A DNA stretch of 63,187 nucleotides, the filler included, from Jimgerdemannia flammicorona (lineage: Eukaryota): the NCBI GenBank assembly GCA_003990765.1. It is 3 parts of 3 records of this genome, joined end to end, with 100 filler letters (N's around TTAATTAATTAA, not from the genome) between each part and the next. Parts side by side here need not be neighbours in the genome. Positions count along the whole stretch, not along the records: positions 42,209 to 63,187 come from RBNJ01001552.1; 2 more parts are not named here. One strand, 5' to 3'. The notes under the pieces are model-generated. The model did not search any database. It saw nothing but the letters and a program-made list of their open reading frames with translations, and was not told the DNA's origin. Below, in pieces: positions 48,701-60,837 of this stretch; positions within the stretch are counted from its first letter, which is position 1, and each line of letters begins with the position of its first letter. The position numbers were made by a program, and so were the translations under genes.

Positions 48701-51624
48701 TGAAGATCACTACCTGGATACATGAGGGATCATCAGTAGATATCTGGTAGATGAGGTTGAAGGAGGCTGCAAGGGTTTATTGGGGAGGAGCTGGTAAGGA
48801 GGCTGGGAGGCAGAGAAGGAAGTGAGTATGGTGTACTTCTAATAGGCTAATTAGATTGTAGATAGAGTGGGCTGAGTTGCTTCATTCTGAAGGGATGGAG
48901 GATTGGAGGTTGGAGCAGGTGAAATTGGAGGTAATGGAGCTACAATAAATATTAAGCAGAGGAGGAGATTCATATAAAAGGAATAGCTGCCAGACTGTGG
49001 TGGTAGGGGCTTAAGGAGGAAGAGCAGCTCACTGGGTACCTGTTGAGGCTTTTCCAAGCAAGGAGGGTGTGCCATCGATGGGATGGGGTCTTGGATACTG
49101 AGGGAGATATGGTACATGATATGTAGCAGATCTTGGGAGTACTGAAGGAAAATTGGAGGGGTCTGTGAAGTGAGGAGGAAGGAGGGGCTGATGAAGAGGC
49201 AATTGAGGATACACTGGAGGGGTGGGTGCTGCCACAAGTAGAAGAACTGAGTGATTTGATCTTACTAGTCCAAGAGGAGGAGATCCAGAGAGTCCTTACA
49301 GCAACTAAGCTGGGGACAGTGCTAGGAGAGGATGGGTTACCTTGAGACTTCTGAAAGAAGATGGTGAAGGTTCCTGGAGTATTAGGAGAGATGACTGCCC
49401 TCTGTGACCATGTTCTTCTGAATGGTGAGTGGGTTGGCAAGCAGAACTTGGGGCTGGTGGCCTTATTGTTCAAAGATAAGGAGAGGAGGGAGGACTGGAA
49501 GAACTGGAGGCCAATCATACTTCTGGATATAGACAGGAAGATAGTGACAAAGGTGATTGTTGTGAGGCTACAGAGAATTGCCCAACAGGTTCTGGGTGAG
49601 GAGCAGTAAGGCTTTGTAGGAGACAGGCTTATCAGGAATGGGACTGCCTGGGTGCATGACATCATTGAGGGGGCCCAGGCTTGTGGACTGGATGGTAGAC
49701 TGGTCTTTTTGGACCAGAAGAAGGCCTATGACCATATTTGGCAGGTATGGCTAGATAAGGTGCTGGATAGAATTGGTATTCCCCCAAGGTTTCAGGCTTC
49801 TATACTGAATTTGTTGAAGGGCAGTAGGGCAGTACTGTTGTGTAATGGTTACTGGGGTTTGGCATTTCCCTTGAGAAGAGGAGTTCCTCAGAGAGACCCA
49901 CTGTCTCCTATTCTTTATGCCCTTTCATTGGAACCTTTGATGGATAGGATACATCAGAGGGTGGCAGGGCTCTCTATATATAGTTTGGTGTAGAAGATGG
50001 GGGTTTTTGCAGATGATATGGTAGTTGGACTTGGGTCAGTAGCAGACTTAAGAAAACAGTGGAATGGTATGAGGCACACTCTGGAGAAAAACTCAACTAG
50101 TATAAGTGTGAGACAATGGTGTTAGGGAATGAGCTAGTGGGAGGGAATGTTATTGGAACAATTGTCTCCACAGGAGAGGTAGTGCAGTATTTGGGCATCT
50201 TCCTTTCTGTATATGGATCTGTCTTGCCACAAGTATGGTAGGAGAGGAGAGTGGCCATTTGGGAGAGGCTCTTAGAGGTTGGGGGGGTCACCACATCTCT
50301 CTGGCAGAGCAGGTGTCAATTCTGAATATCTACTGGTTCCTCAAGCTATGATATGTAGCCTATCACTTAGACTTCCTGGTGTGGGTGGTAAAGAGACTGA
50401 TGAAACTGACTAGAGATTAGATTTGGGTAAGGAGGAGGTCCCAGATCAGTTGGGATACTCTTGCAACACCAGTGGTTAGGAGAGGACTAGGCCTTGTGGA
50501 TTTCTCTAAGTGGCTGCACTGCCTGCAAGCTTGGTGGTTGTAAAGGGCTGTTGAACTGCAGGGTGGAGGTTGGGTGCTGCTGCTGCAGAAGGTGTGAGAG
50601 ATGAGGTTCTCCCCTCAGGGATCCTCAGGAGATTTGCTCTCTCTAGTGGGCCTGACTGGAAGCTGACAGCTGGTATAAGAGCTTCTGGTGGAGGGTGGTG
50701 AATGGAGTACACCAGATAGGACTGCACTGGTGAGGCAATGAGGGAGAGATGCTATGGAGTCCAGCTATATGGCAATGGGACAGACTTCTTCTGGAGGGTG
50801 TTCCACTTGCTGAGTTTGATATTGGTAATGGAGTAGAGTGTCAGTGGGGTCTTGGCCAGGATCTTTGACCAAGTAGTTGGCAGGCTGTGGAGATTGGCAA
50901 GAAGTGGGACTAGGCAGGAGTCTGGTTATGGAGTGCTGAGGTATAGCAGTGGCTTCCTCCTAAGTTCTAGGTGGTATGGTGGCAGATACTGAGGAGGAAT
51001 GTTATGTGGAATTTCCATTCTGGACATCTGGTGGAGAGTGGCTATTTAGATTGTGAGAAGTGTTATAATGTAGAGAAAGTTGGGGGATTTGTGCAAATAT
51101 CTGAACATTGGCTGGGAGAGTGTGAGGTTCTGGGGGACTTTTGGATAGCAGTAGAAAATTAGCTGAGTGTGGAGAGGAAACCAGATGGAGAGAGAGGTCG
51201 CTGGGAGGATTTGAAATCTCGGCTAGTGGGTGGTGTGGGCAATAATTGGCTCACTGTAGGGTGGGTGTTAGCAGTATGGATAGGGCTGATGGGATATTGG
51301 CTCTTTGTTTTCGAGGAAGGGCAACAGATGGATTTATAGGAGAAGTTGTTAAGGTGGGAGGGGTTGATGGAGGATCTGCTGACTGGGTGGTGGGTGGGTT
51401 AGGGTCCCCAGGGTGGTAAACATCATTGCCTGGTGGAAGGAATCTGCGAACAGAGTAGTGGGTGGGTGGAGATAGTGTTAGACAAAGTAGTCTTTTATTG
51501 AGTAGGGGTGGGAGGGGGGGGCTCTCCTAGGGGGATTGGATAGGGTTGGGTATTGTATATTATTTAGATAATAGACAGTGTTTTAATAAAGGAAGAAGTC
51601 TGAGTGACTATAATATATATATAT
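45755..51624 (+). mobile_element. Full-length L1/Tx1-like LINE, copy 2
   Basis: 14-bp TSD ATATATATAAAACT (45741-45754, 51625-51638). AATAAA and a (TA)n tail. ORF1 ~45868-47867 and ORF2 from 47899, both decayed and collinear with copy 1. Confidence 0.93.
47899..51540 (+). pseudogene. LINE ORF2 (APE-RT-CCHC), decayed
   Basis: LGGDFN, WRPIILLDIDRKI, FLDQKKAYD, GVPQRDPLSP, FADD, and CEKC...EHWLGEC. Confidence 0.9.
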
Positions 51625-52111
51625 ATATATATAAAACTAATGAAATAGTATAATTATACATATGTTGATATATTGAGTTATTATCTTAATACTTTTACTC
51701 AATAAAATATATAATATATAACTTCAAAAAAAATATATATATAAACTGGAATAAAAGTAATATAATATATATAAAAACTAAAACTGTATATTCTAAAAAA
51801 CTATAAAATCCTATATTTAAGGAATTTTTGCAAGTTGAAAAATATTCTAAAATACTCATAATATCTAAAATATCTATAAAATATAATATATATAATATGC
51901 TTATAGATAAGAGATATCAATATATATAAGCAAATATAGTATAGTAAGGAGACTTTTTACAGTCTGAAAAAGTATTCTATGATTAATTAAATACTGATAT
52001 ACTACTCATAAAATCTATTTCTTTAATATACTGCTTGAATTTTGACTTTAAAAGAGCTTTCATAAGTGAATCAGTAATCATATACTTTGTAGAGATATAT
52101 TCTAAGTATAT

Positions 52112-53679
52112 TGTAACAGTGATCTCAGAATAATGATATCATCACAGGAGATAGCCTTTTCTTATAAGTCATCAGATCAGAGTATAAGAAGATTATATAG
52201 CATGACTCATCCAGACTACAAGATGAGTAATGATGACTAATCATGAGTTATTGTGACCACAAGACAGATATCTCAAGAAATATAAAAGAAGGATCAAGAA
52301 ACTATAGTAGCAGTAACCCAAACAAGGCTTATAGAAATAGTTCAAAAGACTTATTATAAACAAATATCTGCTGCTTACTAAATCTTAAGATCCAGAAATT
52401 ACCAAGACTCCTCAGTCCAGAAAAGGATATTCTAAGACATCAGAGGAGCTATGAGAACTTGTACAAAAAGGACTCCTAGCCTCAACCTGGGTACTGATGA
52501 CCCTTATCATTATATTCTCTACTGTTATGAAATAGAAACAAGGATTACCATTATACTGAATACCTCTAGATATAGCAGGAATATGAAATAGGAAATCTCC
52601 TCTGCTGGGAATTCCCTCAAGCCAGTCCTCAAGAAATACAAGATATCACTTTTATAGATATATATGAAATAAGGACAGACAAGAAGATTCATCAGATCTT
52701 CAGGTATATACTATAGTTAATCCCCAACTTTGAGTATACTAGAATCTCAGACTTTAAGGAACTATCAGCCTACTGTACCAATATACTGGAGGTCATAGTA
52801 GCCACAGAAGCTCAGTCCACTATCACTCTCAATAGTGATGAGATAGAAGAGTTCTGGAATCCCATCCTCTAGGACAATCTAGATCAATTCCTATAAGGAT
52901 TGATCTCAGCATTCCAAGGTCTTAGCATCCAGGTTAGATCTCTCCAAGACCCCACATTTGTTTCTTATTTTGTAGAAGAGAATCTCATAGATTGGAGAGC
53001 CCCAGACTTCCTTGATCTCTCTGCTGGTGAACATGATGACGTCACTAGCAATAACATCATCCTACATAATATATATGAAATAGACAAAATGTTTGTAGAC
53101 CTCATTTCCTTTAAGGACATCCTGATCTCTAGTAGTGATGAAGATGAAGCCCCTATGGTTCTGAATATTCTGCTCTAAGTTCTTAGTAATACTGAAATCT
53201 TCTGGCATCCTTTTTCTGTGTAACTGAATTCTACTAGCATTCTTTTTCTATAATACCTGAATCTTTAGATACTCTTTTCCTATACTACTGAAATCTACTG
53301 ACATTCTGAACTTGTGCAACTATTTGTACAGACACTTAAATTTATACTTATAACTATAGTTTTCTGTATTCTAGTATTTTATTTGGTTATTGAAATTTAT
53401 ATTTAGCTTTATAACTTAGTAACTATTAAATTATATTTTATATAAATACCCCTCTTATTTCTTTTAAAATAAAGTCAGTTCCAGTTTACTTATACTCAAT
53501 TCCACAAAAGTAATCTAAGAGATAACAAGACAGTTTAAAGATAAGAAGTTTGAGGACTATAAGACCTTAAGAAGGTACTCTAATAGGAACTTGCTTATAA
53601 CAAACTTGTGGTTAGTCTAAGAGATATATCTTGAAGAGAATCTGACATATTTGAAGGACTCAACAACTATTATATGACA
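52112..53679 (+). repeat. 5' LTR of element D
   Basis: TGTAACAG...ATGACA. Direct repeat of 59339-60837. Confidence 0.93.
52364..53178 (+). pseudogene. ORF-X in the 5' LTR of D
   Basis: ATG->ATA. Reconstructs to ...KRIF*DIRGAMRT...PSLNLGTDDPYHYILY...QEYEIGNLL...KKIHQIF...DNLDQFL*GLISAFQG...SSSDEDEAPMVLNILL. TATAAAAG at ~52281. Confidence 0.85.
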
Positions 53680-53739
53680 ACTTGGTGCCCATTGGCTAGT
53701 AATTCAAGACAAATTCCTCACTTTCAAGCTGAAAAATAA

Positions 53740-56700
53740 ACAACCACCACAATAACTATTCTGACCACAAGAGTTACCCCTGTAAGAATTCAAGATAAGA
53801 TGGAAATACATCCCTCCACATTCTATTAATATACTACTGAAGAGTCAATTCTGATCTTTATTGAAGATTTTGAACAATTTACTGCCATACAAGCTCTCAC
53901 TATAGATGTATAATTGGCCCTCCTACCTATCAGCCTCAGAAGATCTACCAGAGACAAGTTCAATATAGCTACCATTATTGATGCTAGTGCAGCCAAACTT
54001 ACCAATATAAAGAACTTCCTCAGAACTATATACTATACTGAAGAGATCAAGCAAGCTCTCAAGGATAACTCAACACTATCTACCAGAGACTCAGTGAAGA
54101 TCCTAACTCATTCTATATCTGAATCTACTACTAGATTGTCTTAGCTAGCTATGATGATGCCCTTAAGGAATAAATAGCTGATCCAACCTTTCTTAAAGGA
54201 GTTTATCCTGAAATTGCCCTAGTAATCTGGTCTATCCCAACTGCTCTGATCTTTGACCAAAAAGTAGTCTTTGCACAGAGATATTAGACTATCAGATATC
54301 CTACCAAATACTCAATAGAGAAAATAACTGGAATCAATATGAAGCTACAAAAGCCAACCAGTATTATACTTATCATAGTTGTCAACAAACAACTATCTCT
54401 ATCTATATACCTCCAAGGCAGCCAAAGCTGATCTAGTGGAGGAACTCACCAAGCAGTTTATCGAGATAACTATATATTTTGATGATGTTATTAGAGAAGT
54501 CTGAAGCACCAACAGGAGACTAGTACAGAGATTTGCAGTTGGTATATAAGAATATAATATTACATGTTTCAGATATAGAGAAGAAGACCTCTATGCAAAG
54601 AGTTGTATGACTGAGATAAGATACAAAGCCCAACTAAGCAATATTACCAGAACTAGAGAACAAATCAATACAGTAGTCATTGAGGAGATTGGTGATACTG
54701 ATGATGAAGAATACTATAAAGAGTTCAAATTCTACTCTATTACTGAAGATACTAGAACCCAATCCAAGCCCTATGACAAGAAGGGCAATAACAAGCCAGT
54801 TAGAAGACCAAAGAAGACCCCAGCTATCACTATTCAAAGTAAGACCCAACCTAAGGAGATTGATCAAGACATGGAGTTAGATGAAGCTGCCTATCAAATT
54901 ATTGAAGGCACTACTTCAGTCTCAGGAGAAAGTGAAAGCAAGAAAGAACAGAAGCTGTACAAGACCAAGATCTACTAGTATGATATTTACAAGAATCTCA
55001 AAAAATAGAAGGTCAATGCTACTTTTGGATAACTAGCCAAAGTCTCTGCCTTCAGACAGCAGTTGAGAATAGAACTTGCAACCACTGTTAAGAACCAAGA
55101 GTACAAGATCATAGAAGCTTACAATATACAAGAAGATGAATAAGAAGACTCAGGTAAAGAATCTGAAGACCAGTACAAGACATCAGCCTATACTTTATAT
55201 TAGATTAAAGATTGTATCTTTGATACTATCATAGATATCAGTACCAGAGAATATCTCATAAGCAAGAAGACAATTGACTGCCTAGACTGGAATATTGAAG
55301 AGTCTACTAAAATAGTCTATGTTATAGCAGATAGTACATAAGTTACTCCTCTAGGCAAGATCTGAGAAGTCTCCATCAAGATTAGAGAAGCTACTATTCT
55401 AGTAGATATAATTGTTATAAGCACCACCAACTATGACATCCTTATTGGCAACCAATGGCTTTATAAGGCCAAGGCTGTTATTGACCTTAATGTCCAGAAG
55501 ATGCAGATCAACTATAAAAGAAGAAAGGTATAAGTCTCTATCAATGTCCACAAAGGAGTACTATCAGATATAGAGAAAGGAGATAAAGAAGACACAGAAG
55601 TCTTCATGCACTCAGTGTATAAGAACAAGAATAAGATAAGCTCATAGATGAGCAGTAGTATAATAAGATCATTGATAGCTATACCTCTCAAGAAAGATAC
55701 CCCTATGGTACTAGGATATACTGCTCTGAACACCTAAATGACTGCTGGTTCTATATCAGTGAAGTTAGGAAAATCTGTCAACAAAAGTATGAGCAAGAAG
55801 CTGTTGAAGAAAAAAAGAAAGCTAAAGAAGATAACTAGCCCCCAGAACTTTAAGCTAATAGTAATAATAAGGAGGAACAAGAACCAGACATCACTCTCAA
55901 GGTCAAGAAGTTTCACTCTAAAGCTAAGATCCCAGAATATAAGACTGAAGGAGTCATAGAAATAGACCTTGCCAGCATTCAAGATACTATCCTTGAACCA
56001 CAGACCACTACTTTACTTGGTACTGGAATTGGAGTCAGATTGCCAGAGAACTATATCAGAATTATCAAGACCAGAAGCAGTCTGGCCAAAAGCAAAATCT
56101 CAGTTGAAGGAGAAGTAATTGACCCTGATTATACTGGCAAGATCTTTCTTATAGTCAGAAATCACAACTCCACCACCCCATTTAAAGTTAAGAAGTATGA
56201 TAGGATTGGCCAGATACTGATCTATGAAGTCAAGAGGCCTAAGATCACTAAAGCCATTGAACTCATCAAGACTAAGAGAGAAGAACAAGGCTTTGGATCT
56301 ATTGGAAGAGAAGTCTATGCTGCTATCAAGATTACTGAACTCAAGCACAAGAAAGATAAGAATCAAAACAAGCATACATATACCATTGGAGAAAACTTTC
56401 CCCTAGAAGAACAACTTCTTAAGATCTTATACCAGAATAAAGAAGTACTTGCTATAGACTTCAGGAATATCTACAATCAAGAACCTAAGTACTACCATGA
56501 AGTTGACACTGGCAATACCAGGCCATCTACCAGAAAGCCAGATATATATCATCTGTCTACAGAGAATAACTGTGAGCAGAACTTAAGGAAATGAAAGAAG
56601 CTGAAATCATCAAGCAAGCTATCAGCCCTTAGACTTCACCCATTGTCCTCACTCTAATGAAAGAAAGCAAGCCTGGAGAGTTTGCCTCAAGACTCTGCAT

Positions 56701-58970
56701 TGATTACAGAAAACTCAATGCAATCACCAAGAAGGATAGGCAGCTCTTACCAAATATTTAAGAAATCCTTACCACTCTTGAAAGCAAAGCCAAATACTAC
56801 ACTACCTTGAATCTGTTCTCAGGCTTTCATCCGATTGGTCTCACTCAAGATACCAGTGAGAAATCAGTCTTTATCATACCTGACACTATCTATCTACCTA
56901 TGAATACCATTTAGAATATGCAATACCCCAGCAAGTTTTCAGTGAATAATGAACAGAGTCTTCAGCAATGAGATTGGAAAATAGCTCTTTGTCTATATTG
57001 ATGATGTAATCATCTTCAGCAATACTGCATGGGAATATACCAACTATGTACAGCTAGCTCTCAAGAAGCTCAAGGAGTATGGCCTCTATATCAAGCCTAA
57101 GAAATACAAGTTTGTAGCTCAGAAAATCACTTACCTAGGATACATCATCAACCAGACAGGAATTCATATAGACTCTATAAAGATTGAGGCTATTGCAACC
57201 TATCCAAGACTCAGAACAACTACAGAAGTCCATGCCTTCCTTGAACTAACCTCCTATTACAGAAGATTCATCAAAGGATACTTTAACATTGCAGCACCTA
57301 TTTATGAGCTACTGAAGTAGGAGACCAAATTCAAATAGACTAAGAAATATCAATGAACTCAAGACCAGATTGGAACCTAGAGTTCATTCTGCAGACAGAT
57401 ATAAGTACTATAGAACTTGGAGCAGTCCTAGCTCAGAAGAAAGATAGATATAAATATGTCATCTCCTATATAAGCTGAGGTATCTGTAGAGTAGAACAGA
57501 ACTATGAGTCATGTAAGCTTTAATATTTAGCAGTAGTTTGGGCAGTAGATAAGTTCCACTACTATCTAGTTAGAAAATACTTCACTATTCAAACAGACCA
57601 TTTTGCTCTCACCTGGCTATTCCATATTCTGAACCCTAAAGGAATATATGCTAGATAGATCTATAGACTATAAGAGTATGACTGTATTGTTAAGTACTAC
57701 TCAGAAAGAATCAATGCCAATGCTGATGTACTCTCAAGGACACCCCAAAACACCCTCATCAAGACTATTTAACATAAATAAGAAGCTATACTATGGATTA
57801 ATCAGCTACCTTAGGTAGCAAAGATGCCCAACCACCTTGAACTCTAGACTATCACTATCATCAACTGAACTTAAAAACAATTTGAACTAGACAATACCAT
57901 ACTCAGAAAAGGAGAAAAGCTCATAATACCCAAATATAAGAAGTATCAAGTAATGAAGGAAGTATATAAACAAGGATATCTAGGAGGAACCAATATATAT
58001 AAAAAAGCAAAAAGAACCATATAGTGGCCCAAGATGGAAGAAGACCTACACCAATTTGTCAAAGAGTGAAACAAGTACCAAAAACAGAAATAAAATCAGT
58101 AAGATCAGACACCCAGATTATCAATAATTGAGCCTATTCCCTTCCACCATATTGCAATAGATATCATTAGATCACTACTAGTAATACTATCAGAAAACTG
58201 CTACATTATAGTTACTATAGACCTTTTTACTAAATATATAGAAGCAGGAGTATTACAAGAAGCTAATGCTCTCTCTATAGTTAACTTCTTATACTAAGAA
58301 ATCATCTGCCACTATAAGACACTAAGACAAATCACTACAGACTATAGTACAGAATTTGTCAATAGATTTCATGAGATAATATATCAGAAATATAAGATTC
58401 AGCATATCAAGACCACTACATATGTACCACTCTCAAGGAAATAGACAGATAGAAAGAACCAATAAGACCCTTAAGAACATCCTGGTAAAGATCTCAGAAA
58501 CATATGACAATTGAGATAACTACCTCTCAACTGCCCTCTCTATCCTATAAGACATATAGTCACAGAGTATACACTTTACCCCAAGAGAACTGCTCTTCAG
58601 AGAAGAAGATTCTGATAGAACCTCAGCTACAAATCTAGACCTAACTTAGAGACAGATTAACTTAGAAATCCAGAGACTATACCAAATCAGGAAGAAGGCT
58701 GAAGATTACATCATTAAGTTACAAGCACTGATAAGAAAGAATATAGAAAGAATCACAAGACTCTAAAATCCATCCAAATTAGAGAAAAGGTTCTACTATA
58801 TCAAAATATGGTAGAAGTCTCATAGTCATGAAAACTGGAGCCCAAATAGGAAGGATCCTTCTATATACAAGATATCAAGGAAACTATTTTCTGGCTTAAA
58901 AAACTCTCAGAGACCATACTGCCTACTATGGTATATAGGAACAGACTCAAGAAGTACCATAAACCTATAT
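53740..58970 (+). pseudogene. pol: gag-PR-dUTPase-RT-RH-INT of element D
   Basis: Knuckle CFRY..EDLYAKSC ~54565. PR IIDIS/YDILIGNQWL 55225-55460. RT RLCIDYRKLN ~56690 and YIDD at 56994. RH FILQTD ~57383. INT FHHIAIDII ~58142 and KLEPK*EGSF ~58832. Confidence 0.9.
55900..56310 (+). pseudogene. dut: dUTPase domain of element D
   Basis: TRSSLA, EVIDPDYTGKI, DRIGQIL and TKREEQGFGS in ORF 56040-56594, in frame with the RT N-terminus. Confidence 0.92.
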
Positions 58971-59338
58971 AAGAGAAGCAAAATATAATGACTGCCTATG
59001 AGGTTCTAGTCTGCAAATCATAATAGCATGTCCCATAATCAGTAGGAAATCTGTCTGGACTATTCTCTAAGAGATATAGTACTAGCAACTACTCATCTGT
59101 GAGACTTTCAAAGCCAGAGGAGTTCAAACCATCAACTGATTAGTTAAGATCAGAATCAGACTCTTACTCTATATAAAGAGAGTGACTCTTCACCATCATG
59201 CCAAAATACATAAGGAAGATGCTAGCCCATAAATACCACTTTTCAACCCCTTGCTAGAGATTATAAGATCAGCAATTTTTTTCAGGCTGGACCAATGAAT
59301 AAGAATATTCAAGAGAAGATCCTTATTCAGGAGGAAGA

Positions 59339-60837
59339 TATAACAGTAACCTCAGAATGATGACATTATCACAGGAGACAGTCTTTCCTTACAGGCCACC
59401 AGATCCAGACTACAAGATGAGTAATAATGACCAACTATGAGTCATTATGACCATAAGATAGACATCTTGAGAAATATAAAAGAAGGATCAAGAAACTGCA
59501 GTAGCAGCAATCCAAACAAGGCTCACAGAAATAGTTCAAAAGACTTATTACAAACAAATGTCTGCTGCTTACCAAACCTCAAGGTCCAGAAATCATCAAG
59601 GCCTCTCAGTCTAGAAAAGAATATTCTAAGACATTAGAAGAGCCATAAGGACCTGTATAAGAAGGACTTCTAGTCTCAACCTAGGTACTGGTAACCCTTA
59701 TTATTATATATATTCTCTATTATTATGAAATAGAAATAAGAATCACCATTACTACTGAATATCTCTGGATATAGTAGGAATATGAAATAGAAAACCTCCT
59801 CTGCCAGGAATTCTCTCAAACCAATTCTCAAGAAATACAAGATACTACTTCTATAGATATATGTGAAATAAGAATAGCCAAGAAGATTCATCAGATCTTC
59901 AGGCATATACTGTGGTCAATCTCCAACTTGGAGTATACTAGAATCTCAGACTTCAAGAAACTATCAGCCCATCATACCAATATACTAGAGACTATAGTGG
60001 TCACAGAAGCTCAGTCTACTATCACTCTCAATAGTGATGAGATAGAAGAGTTCTGGAATTCCATCCTCCAGAACAATCTAGATCAATTCCTACAAGAATT
60101 GATCTCAGTATTCCAAGGCCCCAGCATCTAGGTTAGACCTCCCCCAAGACTCCATATTTGTCTCTTATTTTGTAAAAGAGAACCTCATAGATTGGAGAGC
60201 CCCAGACCTCCTACTACTAAATATAATGATGTTATTAGTAATGATATCATCCTATGTGACATATGCAAAATAGATGAAATATTCATGAACCTCATTTTCT
60301 TTAAGGATATTCTGACCTCTAGTAGTAATGAAGATAAAGTCCCCATAGTCCTGAACATTCTGCTCTAAGTTCTTGGTAATACTGAAATCTTCTGGCATCC
60401 TTTTTCTGTAATACCTGAATCTTCAGATACTCTTTTTCTATACTACTGAAATCTACTGACATCCTGAACTTATATAACTATTTGTACAGATACTTGAATT
60501 TGTACTTACAATCATAGTTTTCTGTATTCCAGTATTTTATATAGTTATTAAAATTTATATTTAGCTTTATAACTTAGTAATTATTAAATTATATTTTGTA
60601 TAAATACTCCTCTTATTTTCTTTGAAATAAAGTCAGTTCTAGTTCACTTATACTCAATTATATACAAGCAATCTAAGAGATAATAAGACAGTTTAAATAT
60701 AAGAAGTTTGAGGACTATAAGATCTTAGGAAGGCACTCTAATAAGAACTTACTTATAACAAACTTGTAGTTAGTCTAAGAGATACACCTTGAAGAGAATC
60801 TGATATATTTGAAGAACTCAGTGACCACTACATGATA
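59339..60837 (+). repeat. 3' LTR of element D
   Basis: TATAACAG...ATGATA (decayed TG...CA), directly after the PPT. Confidence 0.93.
59558..60368 (+). pseudogene. ORF-X in the 3' LTR of D
   Basis: ATG intact: MSAAYQTSRSRNHQ... Includes ORF 59928-60131 (EYTRISDFKKLS...NNLDQFLQELISVFQGPSI). Confidence 0.85.

Larger units (their letters stand above)
52112..60837 (+). mobile_element. Full-length decayed Ty3/gypsy element D with ORF-X inside both LTRs
   Basis: LTRs 52112-53679 and 59339-60837. PBS TGGTGCCCAT at 53683. PPT CAGGAGGAAGA at 59328. Possible 4-bp TSD ATAT/ATGT. Order gag-PR-dUTPase-RT-RH-INT. Confidence 0.93.

Noticed and set aside
58985..59330. Possible extra ORF between integrase and PPT in D
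   Set aside because: Frames I read contain multiple stops and there is no second copy in the window to reconstruct from.
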